A stretch of 64,000 nucleotides of DNA, taken from the NCBI GenBank assembly GCA_963514005.1, contig OY740799.1:8680001-8744000 (forward strand), given 5' to 3'. Below, one piece after another: positions 34,431-47,311 of the stretch (position 1 is its first letter; each line of letters starts with the position of its first letter). Both the position numbers and the translations under genes were made by a program. This DNA comes from Raja brachyura. Lineage: Eukaryota. The notes beneath the pieces were generated by a model. The model was given only the letters and a program-made list of their open reading frames with translations. It did not search any database and was not told where the DNA came from.

Positions 34431-35717
34431 AACAAATAGCACCGCATGGCAGGCACCATTTTGAAAACAAGCAGATATCTCAGTCATCTCTTGGCCGACA
34501 TTCTTTCCTCAACCAGCGCCAAAGCAGAACATAGCATCTGACAGCAGCATCAGCACATATTCAGTGGCAGCATCCCACAATTACCTTCTCAGGGCAATCA
34601 ATGGGAACGAATAGTTAAAGTGGACTCCAATCCACCTTTCATCTCGTGTGTACCACTCTTCCATATTCTGAAATGGAATCTTAAGATGAGTAATTCCCAG
34701 GAATGAACATCTATTCCCGGTCACAAAGTAGGGAAACAAGAGTCAAGAGAAAATCACGAGTTTTTCATTGTCGGAGGTACCAGCAACAAGGACAATGACG
34801 TTCTCTTTCGCAGCAGCACAACAGGCCTATCTACAGAAAACAAATAGACAATATAGAATGCGCAAAAAAAATCAATAAATTAATACTAGGACAAAAATAA
34901 CCCAACGTCTTTAATGCAGCCAAAGACCAAACATGGTTTGTCGTTGAGGCTAGTGTGTGCAGAGTTCATGAGCATGATGGTTGTTGGGAAGAAGCTATTC
35001 TTGAACCTGGTAGTCACAGTTTGCCAACTCCCAAACCTTTGTCCCAATGACAGGAGCAAAATACGAGTGTGGCCAGGATAGTGCGGGTCTTTAGTCAGAA
35101 GGTGGTTCACCTGTGGAACTCATCGCCACAGAGGGCTGCGGATGCCAAGTTAGTGGATATGTTTAAGGCAGAGATAGACAAGTTCTTGATTAGAACGGGT
35201 GTCAAGGGTTACGGGGAGAAGGTGGGAACATTGGATTTGGAGGCAGAGATCAGCCATGATTGAATGGCAGGAGTAGGCTCAACGGGCCGAATGGCCCAAT
35301 TCTACACCTCTAACGCGGACTTGTCTTTGATGATGCTGGCTGTACTTTTGAGGAGAAAAATGTGCAGGTCTTTAAGGAAAGACAAGGGAAATTAGGGCAA
35401 TAGAAATAGCCCACCAGGGGTCTGCATACACTCGATAAGCTACTGTAGATTGTTCCCTTGTGAGATATAAAAAAGTTCTGTGACTCCACAATGAGGGACC
35501 AAAAACAGTGAGGTACCAATTCACAGGAGATTGGACTAATTTACTGCTTGGATCACCTTGTTTTCAAAATACCCACATTAAAGCCACATGCTCCACGTAC
35601 TCCATTAATAATTTACTGATCATGAATGCACATGTTACATTTAAATTAAGAATTTCATGCCTCAGTATCCTTCACCTGCAGTGCAGGGAATAGCATTCTT
35701 ACCTTGAGATTTGACAA

Positions 35718-36023
35718 GGGCGGCGCAGTGGTGCAGCGGTAGAGTTGCTGCCTTCCAGCGCCGGGTTTGATCCTGACTACGGGTGCTGTCTTTGCGGACT
35801 TCGTACGCTCTCCCCGTGACTTGTGTGGGTTTTCTCCGACATCTTGTTTCCTCCCACACTCCAAAGACGTACAGGTTTGTAAGTTGTAATTGGCTAGATA
35901 TAAATGTAATATTGTCCCGAGTGTGTGTAGGGTAGTGTTAGTGTGCGGGGATCACTGGTCGGCACGGACTCGGTGGGCCGAACGGCCTGTTTCCGCGCTG
36001 TACCTCTAGACTAATCTAAACTA
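35718..36023 (+). mobile_element. HE1-like SINE
   Basis: gggcggcgcagtggtgcagcggtagag head to ctaaacta tail. Confidence 0.85.
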
Positions 36024-36065
36024 GGCGTCCTGGGTTCAAGTCCTAACCTAACTCTAGGGCTGAAA

Positions 36066-36615
36066 AGGACACAAAGTGCTGGAGTAACTCAACAGGTCAG
36101 GCAGCATCTCTGGAGGACATGGATAACTGATGTGTTGGTCAAGAACCATCTTTAGTTGGGGGGGGGGGCGGGGGCGGGGGGGAGAGAGGGGAGAGAGGGC
36201 AGAGAGGGGAAAGCTGGCAATGGGGAGAAGCTGGACAAAGCGTGGCAAGTAATCGGTCGACACAAGTGAGGAGAGATTTTTGATAGGCAGATAATTGGAA
36301 CAAAGTCCAGAGATGAGAACAGTAGGTATGAGACAGGTTTGGAGCGCTGCAGATTATAAGGCACTGTGCCCGTTGATGTTTTCATCGATGATTATGATGA
36401 TGATGAGATTGTGAAGCCAGGGGGGCGGAAAGTGGAAGGAGGGGGGGGGGGGGGGAGAAAGGGGGGGGGAGAAATAGATGGGAATCCTGGTGAGGCACAT
36501 GGGGAGGGGGGGGGGGGGGAAGAGAGGGGGTGTGATGGGAGATGAAGGGGGGTTTAGTTAGAGGCTACCTAAATTGAAGAATTCAATGCTCATGTTTTGT
36601 AGGCAACCCATTCGG
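36066..36615 (-). mobile_element. Penelope 3' end with G-rich UTR
   Basis: ggacacaaagtgctggagtaactc; aaattgaagaattcaatg (end of ORF) near 36570. Confidence 0.6.
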
Positions 36616-38879
36616 AGTGTGAGCACAAAGTCGTGAGAGATTCGCCAGAACCTGTGGAGGTCGTGCACTGACAAAGGTGTTACAGTTCAGAAGAGGCATT
36701 AAAACAGAAGCCGCGTGGGCGTAAGAAGGATCTTTGGGGAAAAAAACCCCATGCAGTTATTCCCAGTACCCTGGTCAATATCTAACCTTCACTCTCGACA
36801 TGATGGTAACATCAGAGCGAGCTTGCAGTACACGTACAGCCTGATTGCCCTTTGTATTTCCTCCTTTACAATAACCAGTCGTCAATATTGAAGCACTATT
36901 GGACTGCCATGAAAGAAACCAAAAGGCAACAAAAACGTACGTCCTTTTTGAAAACAAAATCCATTTTCCACTTCACAATCAATAAAGCTTCAATAGCACC
37001 AAACAACAACAATATTCTCCACTGCCTGCATCAAAATAAAAGATCAAAAGTAGTCTGTACCCAAGATTTCTTTAGAATTGCATGAAAGCAGGTGGCTCGT
37101 GTTAGGTCCCAAACGCAAGGCTCTTTAAATAAGTGACTCCGCTTTACAAGATGTTCAAAGGAATGTGTTTCTCACTTTCATCATAGCAAAGGTTCACGGA
37201 CGTAACCCTCAGACTACATCTAAAAGCAACCTGTTTGATGTTGGCTGTGCAATGGGGGGCACATCTCGAGGATATCACGGCGTGCCCTTTGGCATTTTGT
37301 GAAAAGTACAATGAAACAGACGGTGAAGCAAGAGGGGCCTTCGCCCTCATGTGCCAACTGCATTGTGTCCCCATGTCTTAAACTCACGCCTAGGGGGCAA
37401 GGTGGGGAAGGCACAGAAAAATTGGCCTTGTTATCGAGAGGAAGGAGAAATGCTTTGGACTGAAGGAGTATGTAACCAGTGCCCGTCCCGCTGAGTTACT
37501 CCAGCATTTTGTGTCTATCTCCGGCTTAAGCCAGCATCTGCAGTTCTTTCCCACACGATAGTCTGGTCAGTTGGGTGGGAAATAAAATGTAATCCAGGTA
37601 AGTGTGTGGAATTTCATTTTGTGGAGAAGCAACAGGCTAAAGGGATTCAACAATAAACGGGAGAACATTGATGGGTGGATCAATGGGCCTTGCAGTGGTT
37701 GTCTATAGATCTTCAAAGGTTCACTGCACAGATCACAAAGGTGGCTGAAAGACATAAGAGATGCTATCTTCTGAAAGCCAAGGCGTACAATAATCAATGG
37801 GAAACTGCACACAATAATAGTTGAGCAGGTTGGAACTCTATTCCCTGGAGCGCAGGAGGATGGGTGGGGTGATCTTATAGAGGAGTATAAAATCATCAGA
37901 GGAATAGATCGGGTGGATGCACAGAGCCTCTTTTGCCCAGAGTGGGGGAATCAAGAACTAGAGGGCATAGGTTTATGGTTTAAGGTGAGTGGGAGAACAT
38001 TTTATAGGAATCTGAGGGGTAATGTTTCCATGCAAAGGGTGGCAGGTGTCTGGAACGAGCTGCCAGAGGAGGTCGTTGACGCAGGGCCAGATATGGTAAA
38101 TAGGAAGGTCCTTATGTAGAGGGATGAAGAACCATGGAACATTGGTTTAAAATCATTCAAAGAAGGATTAGCGAGCAAATAAAGGGAAAAAAAATCACCA
38201 ATGGTGCTGATTGTATGGAACTCATTGCCTGAAAGAAGAGTTACAGCAGACACATTGTTCACTTTGAAACCATTTTTAAAGAGCAGGTCTGCAGGTTTTC
38301 TAGTCTGCAGATCCAACCTGGTTCAGAAGTTCATTAGTTATTGGAGCGGAATTAGGCCATTCGGCCCATCAAGTCTACATGGCTGATCTATTTTCCCCTC
38401 TCAACCCCATTCTCCTGCCTTCTCCCCATAACCCCTGACACCCGTACTAATCAAGAACAAGGTTGGATTATCCTGGGTAGCTCTTCTCCAGCCAGCACCG
38501 GCGTGATGGGTTGAATGGCCTTGTGCATTTTGTAAACGTTCTGTGACTACCTCTTGCGAATTGTATCCCATTCGCGGGCATCATCCATTTATCTTTAGCT
38601 AAGTGCTTGCATTTATTTGGATTAAGATTCCAATTGATGGAAAGTGTAAATGCAAAGAATCTATATAATAGATCTGAATGGGATCGAGAAGTCACGGTCC
38701 CTCACGGAGCTCAAAGCAAGTGCTCTCAACCTTCAACTTGATTTCTTAGCCACAAAGGACAAATAATCTCTACAACCAAACAGAAATCCAATGGGCCAAA
38801 CCCCATCGTCATTGCATGTCCTTTTCTCATTCAATTTGATCACATTGAACTCCAATGGTGCAGGTACCTGCCAGTATAA

Positions 38880-39704
38880 TGTGGATGCAGTATAATGTGG
38901 ATAAATGTGAGGTTATCCACTTTGGTGGCAAAAACAGAAGGGTAGACTATTATCTTAATGGTGGCAAATTAGAAAAAGGGGAGATGCAACGAGACCTGGG
39001 TGTCATGGTACACCAATCATTGAAAGTAGGCATGCAGGTGCAGCAGGCAGTGAAGAAAGCAAATGGTATGTTAGCATTCATAGCGAAAGGATTTGAGTAC
39101 AGGAGCAGGGAGGTTCTACTGCAGTTGTACAGCGTTTTGGTGAGACCACACCTGGAGTATTGCGTACAGTTTTGGTCTCCAAATCTGAGAAAAGACATTC
39201 TTGCCATAGAGGGGGTACAGAGAAGATTCACCAGACTGATTCCTGGGATGTCAGGACTTTCATATGAGGAAAGACTGGATAGACTTGGCTTGTACTCGCT
39301 AGAATTTAGAAGACTGAGGGGGGATCTTAAAGAAACTTACAAAATTCTTAAGGTGTTGGACAGGCTAGATGCACGAAGATTGTTCCCGATGTTGGGGGAG
39401 TCCAGAACAAGGGGTCACAGTCTAAGGATAAGAGGGAATTCCTTTAGGACCGAGATGAGGAAAACATTTTTTACACAGAAAGTGGTGAGTCTGCCACAGA
39501 AGGTAGTTGAGGCCAGTTCATTGGCTATATTTAAGAGGGAGTTAGATGTGGCCCTTGTGGCTAAAGGGACCAGGGGGTATGGAGAGAAGGCAGGTACGGG
39601 ATACTGAGTTGGATGATCAGCCATGATTATATTGAATGGCCGTGCTGGCTCGAAGGGCCGAATGGCCTACTCCTGCACCTATTTTCTATGTTTCTATGTT
39701 TCTA
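38880..39704 (+). mobile_element. CR1 LINE 3' fragment with open ORF2 C-terminus
   Basis: ORF 38855-39607 WMQYNVDKCEVIHFG...[13 protein letters not shown]...GYGEKAGTGY; (tttctatg)n tail. Confidence 0.92.
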
Positions 39705-40321
39705 TAAGGAATTGCAAATCAGTTCCAGTCATTCTCAGCATGAGGAATTGCAAAGGACCAAAGCCGAATCTATTTGCTCCTGTTATAAAGAGAATCAGCA
39801 TCCAATCCTGATCCTTCAGATGCACCGAGTTAAATCAGCTATCTTGCACCCCATGGTCAATTTAACTCCCATTCAGTCTTCCCCGAATCTGATTATGAGG
39901 TTTGTGAACACTCGGCACATTGGCTACGATCCATCCCACATTATTCACAGGGCGGCACTTTTTCAAAAAGCTAATCGGTATTTTCCAAAACATGCTATTG
40001 TGTTTTATGGTGTTTGTGCTCCGATTGAAGCATCAAACAGATGATTAAATGGACTGCACGAGGAGGATTTGCCCATTGATCATTTTTATCCGCAGTGTAT
40101 AAAAATCTTGAAAATGTCCTGTCAAACTCAATTACGGAGTTATCAGCATTCAACAGAAGCACAAAGACCAAAGAAAACCAATTACTGAACCGGTCTTGGT
40201 TAAAAAAAGCTTGGGGTAGACTCCTTCTTCACCACGGCACTCCAGAAGCTCTGGAATACTGGTGAGGCACAGAGAGGCTTCCGATAGCCACGTGTTCATA
40301 GTACACATGGTACCGGATGCA

Positions 40322-40546
40322 AGACACCAAGCGCTGGAGTAACTCAGCGGGTCGGGCAGCACCTCTGGAGAATGTGGATAGGCGACGTTTCGGATCGGGA
40401 TCCTTCTTCAGAGTGTGGACTGCAAGGTAGGGTCCCAACCCCAAACCGTCACCTACCCATGTTCTCCAGAGATACTGCTTGACCCGCAGAGTTACTCCAG
40501 CACTTTGTGTCCTTCTGTGCGAACCAGCATCTGCAGTTCCTTGCTT
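40322..40546. mobile_element. Penelope-derived inverted-arm mini-element
   Basis: Inverted arms plus tail accagcatctgcagttcc. Confidence 0.78.
40384..40411 (-). ncRNA. Minimal hammerhead core with compensatory stem II change
   Basis: Minus strand CUGAAGA-A-GGAU(CCCG)AUCC-GAAAC-GUC. Confidence 0.75.
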
Positions 40547-40879
40547 CCACTGGATGCAAGAGATGGTTGGAGGGGAATGCTGGCTTGGAGTACAATGGAC
40601 GTGAATCCTGCTTTCCTATCCCACTTTTCCCCGCAGCCTCACCTACTGGACAACCGGGGAAGGCTGATTAAGTTTTATTAATGCCTCAAGTTCACGCTCC
40701 TTTGAACAGCGTCAATTCATCCCAGGCTCTGAGGCAATATTTATCAAATACTTCACAAATATCTGTCCCTTAAATAGATAATCAAATTGTTGCGCGCAAG
40801 ATAGCTGACCGCACCGTAAAACCTCAGGGTTTACCGCTCAAACACTGCCCTTGGAACTCACACAGTGGCATAAAGGGGA

Positions 40880-41165
40880 GCAGCACTAGAGTTGCTGCCT
40901 CCCAGCGTCAGAGACCAAGGCTCGACCCTGACTACCGTGCTGTCTGTACGGAGCTTGTACCTTCAACCCGTGACGGAGTAGGTGTTCTCCGGTTTCCTCC
41001 CACGCTCCAAAGAGGTGCACCAGAGTTGGTTGATTGGTTTCGATAAAATTGTAAATTGTCCCTGGTGTGTAGGATAGTGCGAGTGTGTGGGGTGTTTGCT
41101 GGTCGGTGTGGACTACAGTGGGCCGAAAGGCCTGTTTCCCTGCTGTATCTTTAAACTAAACTAAA
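40880..41165 (+). mobile_element. HE1-like SINE
   Basis: tagagttgctgcctcccagc...taaactaaactaaa. Confidence 0.8.
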
Positions 41166-42364
41166 GCCACTATAAAATGACCGCTCTGCTAGAACCACAG
41201 CTACTGCGTCTTAATGCTGCTCTTTTAAATCTCCTTTGCTTCCCCTGTTTACAGCTCCACAATCTCCGTGAAGCCTACAAGCCCTTAACCTTAACTGCTA
41301 ACTCAATTTATTTTTCAAAGCTTACCAAAGAAAATACCAACTTACAGTGCAGTGGAGCTATTCACAAAGTGTATTACCTTGCATTACGCACTTGGAAACA
41401 AAAGTCAGGGTTTTTTTTTCCAAGTGCGGTCTCCATCGTTATGTTAGCAAATCCAGCAGGCATCCTGCGCTCAGCACAATCCCAATGCAATAATGACCAG
41501 AGTATGTGATTTAAGCATTGATTGTGGAGTCAGTACTGTGCAGGACAAGGATTTAAAGTTTCCCGGCTCACTTCTGAATTGTCCCATTCCATCGACCCAT
41601 CACGCTGCCTCGACAAGGCCAGCAGCAAAATCAAGGACCAGCCACTCCTCCCCTCTCCCATCAGGCGTAAGGTATTGAAATGTGAAATATGACTATCTTT
41701 GATCGGACTTTACTGGCTTTATCTGAATTTCCCTGAGGGGATCAATAAAGTATTTATTATTATCATCATCTTGCACTAAACATTATTCCCTTATCATATA
41801 GCTGTACACTGTGTGTGGCTCGATTGTAATCATGTATTGTCTTTCCACTGACTGGTTAGCACGCAACAAAAGCCTCGGTACACGTGACATTCAACTAAAA
41901 CTGAGCTGAACGGATGCAATTGCCATCAGCTCAAGGAGCGGAGGATGAGAGAAGAAGCAGCTTTGCATCTTGTCAGACACACAACGTCTCTGACAGTGCT
42001 GGCCTCCCCTGGTACTGCATCCAGGTGTCAGCCTAGATTTTATGTTTAAGGCTTTGGAATGGGACTTGAATCTTCGCGCCCCGAGACGGGGAATTGCACC
42101 AGGCGAGTGAGCGAAGGCGGGCAAGAGTAAAGGAGCAATTTCACGAGGGAACTTTGAAAGCAGAAACGTTTTGCTCGACAAGACATCGGGAAAGCAGATG
42201 CATCGCAGTGCACGACACTTCCAACACTTTGGTGCTCAAAGTAAAAGTAAATACAGTTTAACAGGCAGGAGGACGGCAAAGCCTTCATGAATCTGGCTTC
42301 TCCACTGCTCTTGGCATCGCTGTGACTTGGGAAGGGAAGAGAGGAGGAGCAGAAATACGACGTG

Positions 42365-42530
42365 GACACAAAGTGCTCGAGTGACTCAGCGGGACAGGCA
42401 GCATCTCTGGAGAGAAGGAATGGGCGACGTTTCGGGTCGAGGGTCTCGACCTGCCTGTCCCGCTGAGTTACTCCAGCGCTTTGTGTCTATCTTCAGTTTA
42501 AAGCAGCACCTGCAGTCCCTTCCTGCCACA
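42365..42530. mobile_element. Penelope-derived inverted-arm mini-element (centre deleted)
   Basis: gacacaaagtgctcgagtgactcagcgggacaggcag ... ctgcctgtcccgctgagttactccagcgctttgtgtc. Confidence 0.78.
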
Positions 42531-43003
42531 CGAGGTTCAAAGAGGGGTTCGCCTTGACACTGAAAGTAATTCCAAGCAGAATTAATCAATGCGACGAGAG
42601 AGGGGAAGAGTCACAACCCATCACTTGTCCCAGGTCTTGGCGATGGAATGAAAATTGAAGGGAAACAGCAACATATCTGCTTGGAATTCCACGAATCCAT
42701 TCCGGTATAACAGGCAGTACTTGCCAATACCAATCTGAAACATTCCCGAAGGTTTTAGTCATCGTTTTTTTTCACTGCCGTTGTCCGGTTAACTGAAAGT
42801 TTTCACCCCATAGGATTGCATTTATATAGCGCCTTTCAAACACCCCAAAGCACTGTGGCCAATGTTGGATCCTAGATTCAGACCCTGCAAACGTGTAGGA
42901 AATACAGCTGCCTATTTGCACAGCACAAGGTCCCTGCATTGTTCCATTATAATGGTTAGGAGGGAGAAATAGATCAGCCATGATTGAATGGCTGAGTAGA
43001 CAT

Positions 43004-43496
43004 GATAGAAACATAGAAAATAGGTGCAGGAGTAGGCCATTCGGCCCTTCGAGCCTGCACCGCCATTCAATATGATCCTGTACCTGCCTTCTCTCCATAC
43101 CCCCTGATCCCTTAAGCCACATCTAACTCCCTCTTAAATATAGCCAATGAACTGGCTTCAACTACCTTCTGTGGCAGATAATTCCAGACACTCACCACTC
43201 TCTGTGTGAAAAACGTTTTCCTCATCTCGGTCCTAAAGGAATTCCCCCGTATCCTGAGACTGTGACCCCTTGTTCTGGACCTCCCCAACATCGGGAGCAA
43301 TCTTCCTGCATCTAGCCTGTCCAACCCCTTAAGAATTTTGTAAGTTTCTATAAGATCCCCCCTCAATCTTCTAAATTCTAGCGAGCACAAGCCAAGTCTA
43401 TCCAGTCTTTCCTCATATGAAAGTCCTGATATGAAAGACCTTCTCTGTACCCCCTCTATGGCAAGAATGTCTTTTCTCAGATTTGGAGACCAAAAC
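43004..43496 (-). mobile_element. CR1 LINE 3' fragment
   Basis: ORF 43112-43390 SLEFRRLRGDLIETYKILKGLDRLD. Confidence 0.88.
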
Positions 43497-44169
43497 CATG
43501 ATGGGCCGAATGGCCTAATTCTGCTCCTATCACATATGAATTTATGTATTTATGATTATCTGCAACATGCTATTAATTTCCACCTTGGCACCAGGCATAG
43601 TTCCCCTGGACAAGCTATGTCTACTGTCTCATCCAAAAGACATCTTCTTAAATGGTGGGCATTCTCTCAGGATTGCCATGAATGTCTACAATTTAATGCT
43701 CAGGTATCTGGACTAGTACTCGAACTATCAGCTTTCTGCCTGAGGAGAGATCATCATACCAAATGTGCCACAGTTAAACGCTCCAACCACAGTTTTATTT
43801 ACTAACAAGTCAAAAGCAATGAAGAAAAGCAGTGTTCTTATTAATGCCTCATGGATCTTTCTCCTCATTTGCTCACAGCAGCAGTCGAGAGATTAATTTT
43901 CAACACTGGGAAACTTGGATAATCTCAAATACATAGAGCAACATAGCACAGAATATTGTGTCCACATTGTCCATGTGGACCAAATTGATGTACTGAAACA
44001 GTCCCATTTGCCTACATTTGGCCCATTCCACTCCAAAACCTTCCTGTCCATACAAATGTCTGTTAAATCCCTTTAATCCTTAATGATGTTACAATTTCTT
44101 TGATTTGCTAAAAGGTAGGAAAGAGTCATTATGATAATAACCCGGGCAGGATTCGAAGTTTGGTTTTTT

Positions 44170-44360
44170 TGTTAGCTAATTGACCTACAAACCCGCCCGT
44201 CTTTGGAGTGTGGGAGGAAAAGCGAAGATCTCGGAGAAAAACCCACGCAGGTCACGGGGAGAACGGACATGCTCCGTACGGACAGCACCCGTGGTTAGGA
44301 TTGAACCCGGGTCTCTGGCGCTGAAAGGCAGTAGCTCTCCTGCTGCGCCACCATGCCGCC
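44170..44360 (-). mobile_element. HE1-like SINE (5' half)
   Basis: ctttggagtgtgggaggaaa...gctgcgccaccatgccgcc. Confidence 0.8.
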
Positions 44361-45116
44361 TATCAAACTGTCAGTGAGACAGTTTGGGTCGCCTCTATAT
44401 TATAAGGGATAAGATCTTTCTTTCAGCTTGCCTGGGAGCCCCTGTGAATGGGGATGCGGCAGGAATGTCAAGTAAGCTGTGCGCTCTGTGCCACAAGTTA
44501 AGCAGCCTTTTATAATCACTCCCGCATTTTAAACTAGCCTGCGTTCAGTTTCTGTATTCTCCATTGCAGGCCACCTTAATGGGATCCCTTGTCCCCAGTG
44601 TCAGTACAAATATAATGCAGTGCCGTTGGATTAGACTCCTGTTGGCAGGGAGTAGTATTGATGTATTTGTTTGTGGCAACAAAATTAACTGCCAGGATGA
44701 CTTTAGCAGTTCAGCCCATCAATCCCCTTTCTATTATTAGACAAAAGTTGTATATTCATCGATAGCGTTCCTCCGTTTTTCTGCTGGGTTCACAAATGCT
44801 TCAGACTGTTTATTAAAACATTTTTTTTTAATCTACGCACTCGGAGAGGAATCGCGTGTCCCTGGCTCTTGCAATGATTCCCCCTGCCCTGTTCCTCCAT
44901 TAATCCGCCACCTACCATCCTTCCCAACCATGTTTCAGTCACGGCTACTCATCCCAATCTTGCCTCAGAAGCCTCATTTCATTCAGGAAAGCAGGCCCAG
45001 AAATTGACAGCAAGGAGGATGCTGCTCTTCCACAGTACCTTGTTTCTATCCCTGCATCCACAAACTCCCTCCTTCACCCTAACCTCATCCACTTCTTATA
45101 CAACATCGAACTATAC

Positions 45117-45333
45117 AGACACAAAAGGTCGGAGTAACTCAGCTGGACAGGCAGCATCTCTGGAGAGAAGGAATGGGTGACGTTTCGGGTCGAGACCTAT
45201 CTTCAGACCCAGGTTTCGACCCCAAAACTTCACCCATTCCTTCTCTCCAGGGATGTTGTCTGTCCCGCTGAGTTGCTCCAGCTTGTTGTGTCTATCTCCG
45301 GTTTAAACCAGCATCTGCAGTTCCTTCCTGCAT
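45117..45333. mobile_element. Penelope-derived inverted-arm mini-element
   Basis: Inverted arms; near-intact minus-strand hammerhead at 45179-45206; tail. Confidence 0.8.
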
Positions 45334-45468
45334 AGAACTGTACAGCATCGGAATAGGTCCTTCAAACCACAGTGCCGGTGCTGAACATGATTCCAAGTGA
45401 AACTAATCTCCTCTGCGTGCACGCGATCCGTATACTTTCATTCCCCGCTTACCCAAGCGTCTATCCAA

Positions 45469-45888
45469 AACCATATAACCATATAACAATTACAGCACGG
45501 AAACAGGCCCTCTCGGCCCTTCCTGTCCGTGCCGACCATTTATTTTCCCCTAGTCCCATCTACCTGCACTCAGACCATACCCCTCCATTCCCTTCCCGTC
45601 CATATACCTATCCACTTTACTTTTAAATGTTAAAATCGATCCTGCCTCCACCACTTCTGCTGGAAGCTCATTCCACACAGCCACCACTCTCTGAGTAAAT
45701 AAGTTCCCCCTCATGTTACCCCTAAACTTCTGTCCCTTAATTCTCAAGTCATGCCCTCTTGTTTGAATCTTCCCTACCCTCAATGGGGAAAGCTTATCCA
45801 TGTCAACTCTGTCTATCCCTTTCATCATTTTAAAGACCTCAATCAAGTCCCCCCTTAACCTTCTGCGCTCCAAAGAATAAAGACCTAA
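45469..45888 (-). mobile_element. CR1 LINE 3' fragment (same young subfamily as 611 and 22461)
   Basis: LGLYSLERRRLRGDLIEVFKMMKG. Confidence 0.9.
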
Positions 45889-46254
45889 GACAATAAGACC
45901 TAAGACAAGAATAAGACAAAGAAAAGCATCTGAAAGCCAAAAGCCACTGTCGTATCTGCCTCCACCACCATCCCTGATAGCATGGGTCAGCACCCATCAC
46001 CCTTTGTGCAAAGAAGTTGCCATGCACATCCCTTTAAACTTTCCTTTTAAAAGCCCTGCCCTCTAATCTTTGACGCTGGGAAAGGTTCTGACTGTCTACC
46101 CTATCTGTGCCTCTCATGACTTTATACAATTCTCGGCTTAGGCTTATATTTTAGTTTCGGTTCATTATTGGCCCATGTACTGAGGTCCAGTGAAAAGCTT
46201 TTGCGTTCTGTCCAAGCAGATCGGACACATCATACATGGAAACAATCAGAAGAC

Positions 46255-46458
46255 AGACGCAAAAAGCTGGAGTAACTCAGCGGGACAGGCAGCATCTCTG
46301 GAGAGAAGGAATGGGTGACGTTTCGGGTCTGAAGAAGGGTCTCCACCCAAAACGTCACCCATTCCTTCTCTCCAGAGATGCTGCCTGTCCCGCTGAGTTA
46401 CTCCAGCATTTTGCGTCTACCTTTGGTTTAAACCAGCGTCTGCAGTTCCTTCCCACAC
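46255..46458. mobile_element. Penelope-derived inverted-arm mini-element
   Basis: About 70-bp near-perfect inverted arms; plus-strand hammerhead 46329-46356 with G12 changed to A. Confidence 0.82.
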
Positions 46459-46520
46459 ATAGATATAATCAGTTCACGTTGAAGTACAGTAGATAGACCA
46501 ACGGGGCAGATACAGAGTGT

Positions 46521-46945
46521 CAATGTGAAAAATAAACATCTTCTAGATGCGCTGGGACGCATCCTCGGTGATGTGACCCGGGGTCATCGGGTGTTTCGGG
46601 TCTCACAACATCAGACACCCTCGCCCAGGCGACCCAGCCGGGGTTGATCAGGCCCCGACTTGCGTCCCAGCAGCAACCGCCCACGGATCAGCCATCTTAG
46701 TAACCACTCTGCAGGGGTTGGGAGACTCTAGTGCGTGGAGGGACTGGGCTCTGTGGGGTGACTCCCGGCCGGGCTCCTCCTGCATCTCACCAAGATCAAG
46801 GCCTTTCTCCTTCTCCGAGCATTTCATTCTCGCCTGATGGACGTTTGGGCCACGATGGTTCATTAGGCCTTTCCGTAGCTTTGTTGGGTGTCAACCCAGC
46901 CTTTCCCGGGTGCCGTCTTTCCGTGCCATCAACCGTCTCTCCAGT
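46521..46945 (-). mobile_element. Internally deleted HERO-like (R2 group) non-LTR element
   Basis: ORF 46648-46863 joins an N-terminal zinc-finger remnant (NHRGPNVHQARMKC...GEMQEEPGRESPHRAQSL) to a C-terminus (ADPWAVAAGTQVGA-stop); 3' UTR tcaaccccggctgggtcgcctgggcgagggtgtctgatg; family recognised from memory. Confidence 0.68.
46556..46620 (-). ncRNA. Candidate pseudoknotted (non-circularly permuted) hammerhead ribozyme
   Basis: GGGUGUC-UGAUGU ... GACCC-GAAA-CACCC ... ACAUCA-CCGAGGA-U-GCGUC; stems I and III each 6 perfect bp. Confidence 0.55.
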
Positions 46946-47311
46946 AATATAATTCTCAGCATTGTAGCACTTCAGTTCCCCAGACAATGTCCATTGTCCG
47001 CAATGTGGCAGAAGTGAACCAAATAGTACCCTAGCTTATGGAAAATAACAGGGGAAGAAGCTGTTCTAGAGTCTGGTGGTGCGCGCATTCACGCTTCTGT
47101 ACCTTCTGCCAGATGGGAGCAAGGCGAAGAGGGAATGACCTGGGTGGGACAAGTCTTTGATTATGTTGGCTGCTTTAGTGAGGCAGCGAGGTGTAGATGG
47201 ATTAGATGGTGCTCTGCTTGATGGACTCAGCTACACCGCAATTCTCTGCAATCGATTGTGGTCTTTGGTTGAGCTATTCCCAAACATAGCTGTGTTTACG
47301 ATAGAGTCTGC

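Larger units (their letters stand above)
46150..47290 (-). mobile_element. Rex1/Babar-type fragment hosting two younger insertions
   Basis: cattattggcccatgtactgaggtccagtgaaaagctt tail; ggggaagaagctgttctagagtctgg (reverse complement of the RxRNSFFP-type motif). Confidence 0.6.

Noticed and set aside
38855-39607. 250-aa ORF as a host gene
   Set aside because: It is the C-terminus of CR1 ORF2 in a 5'-truncated copy, with a start codon borrowed from the flank
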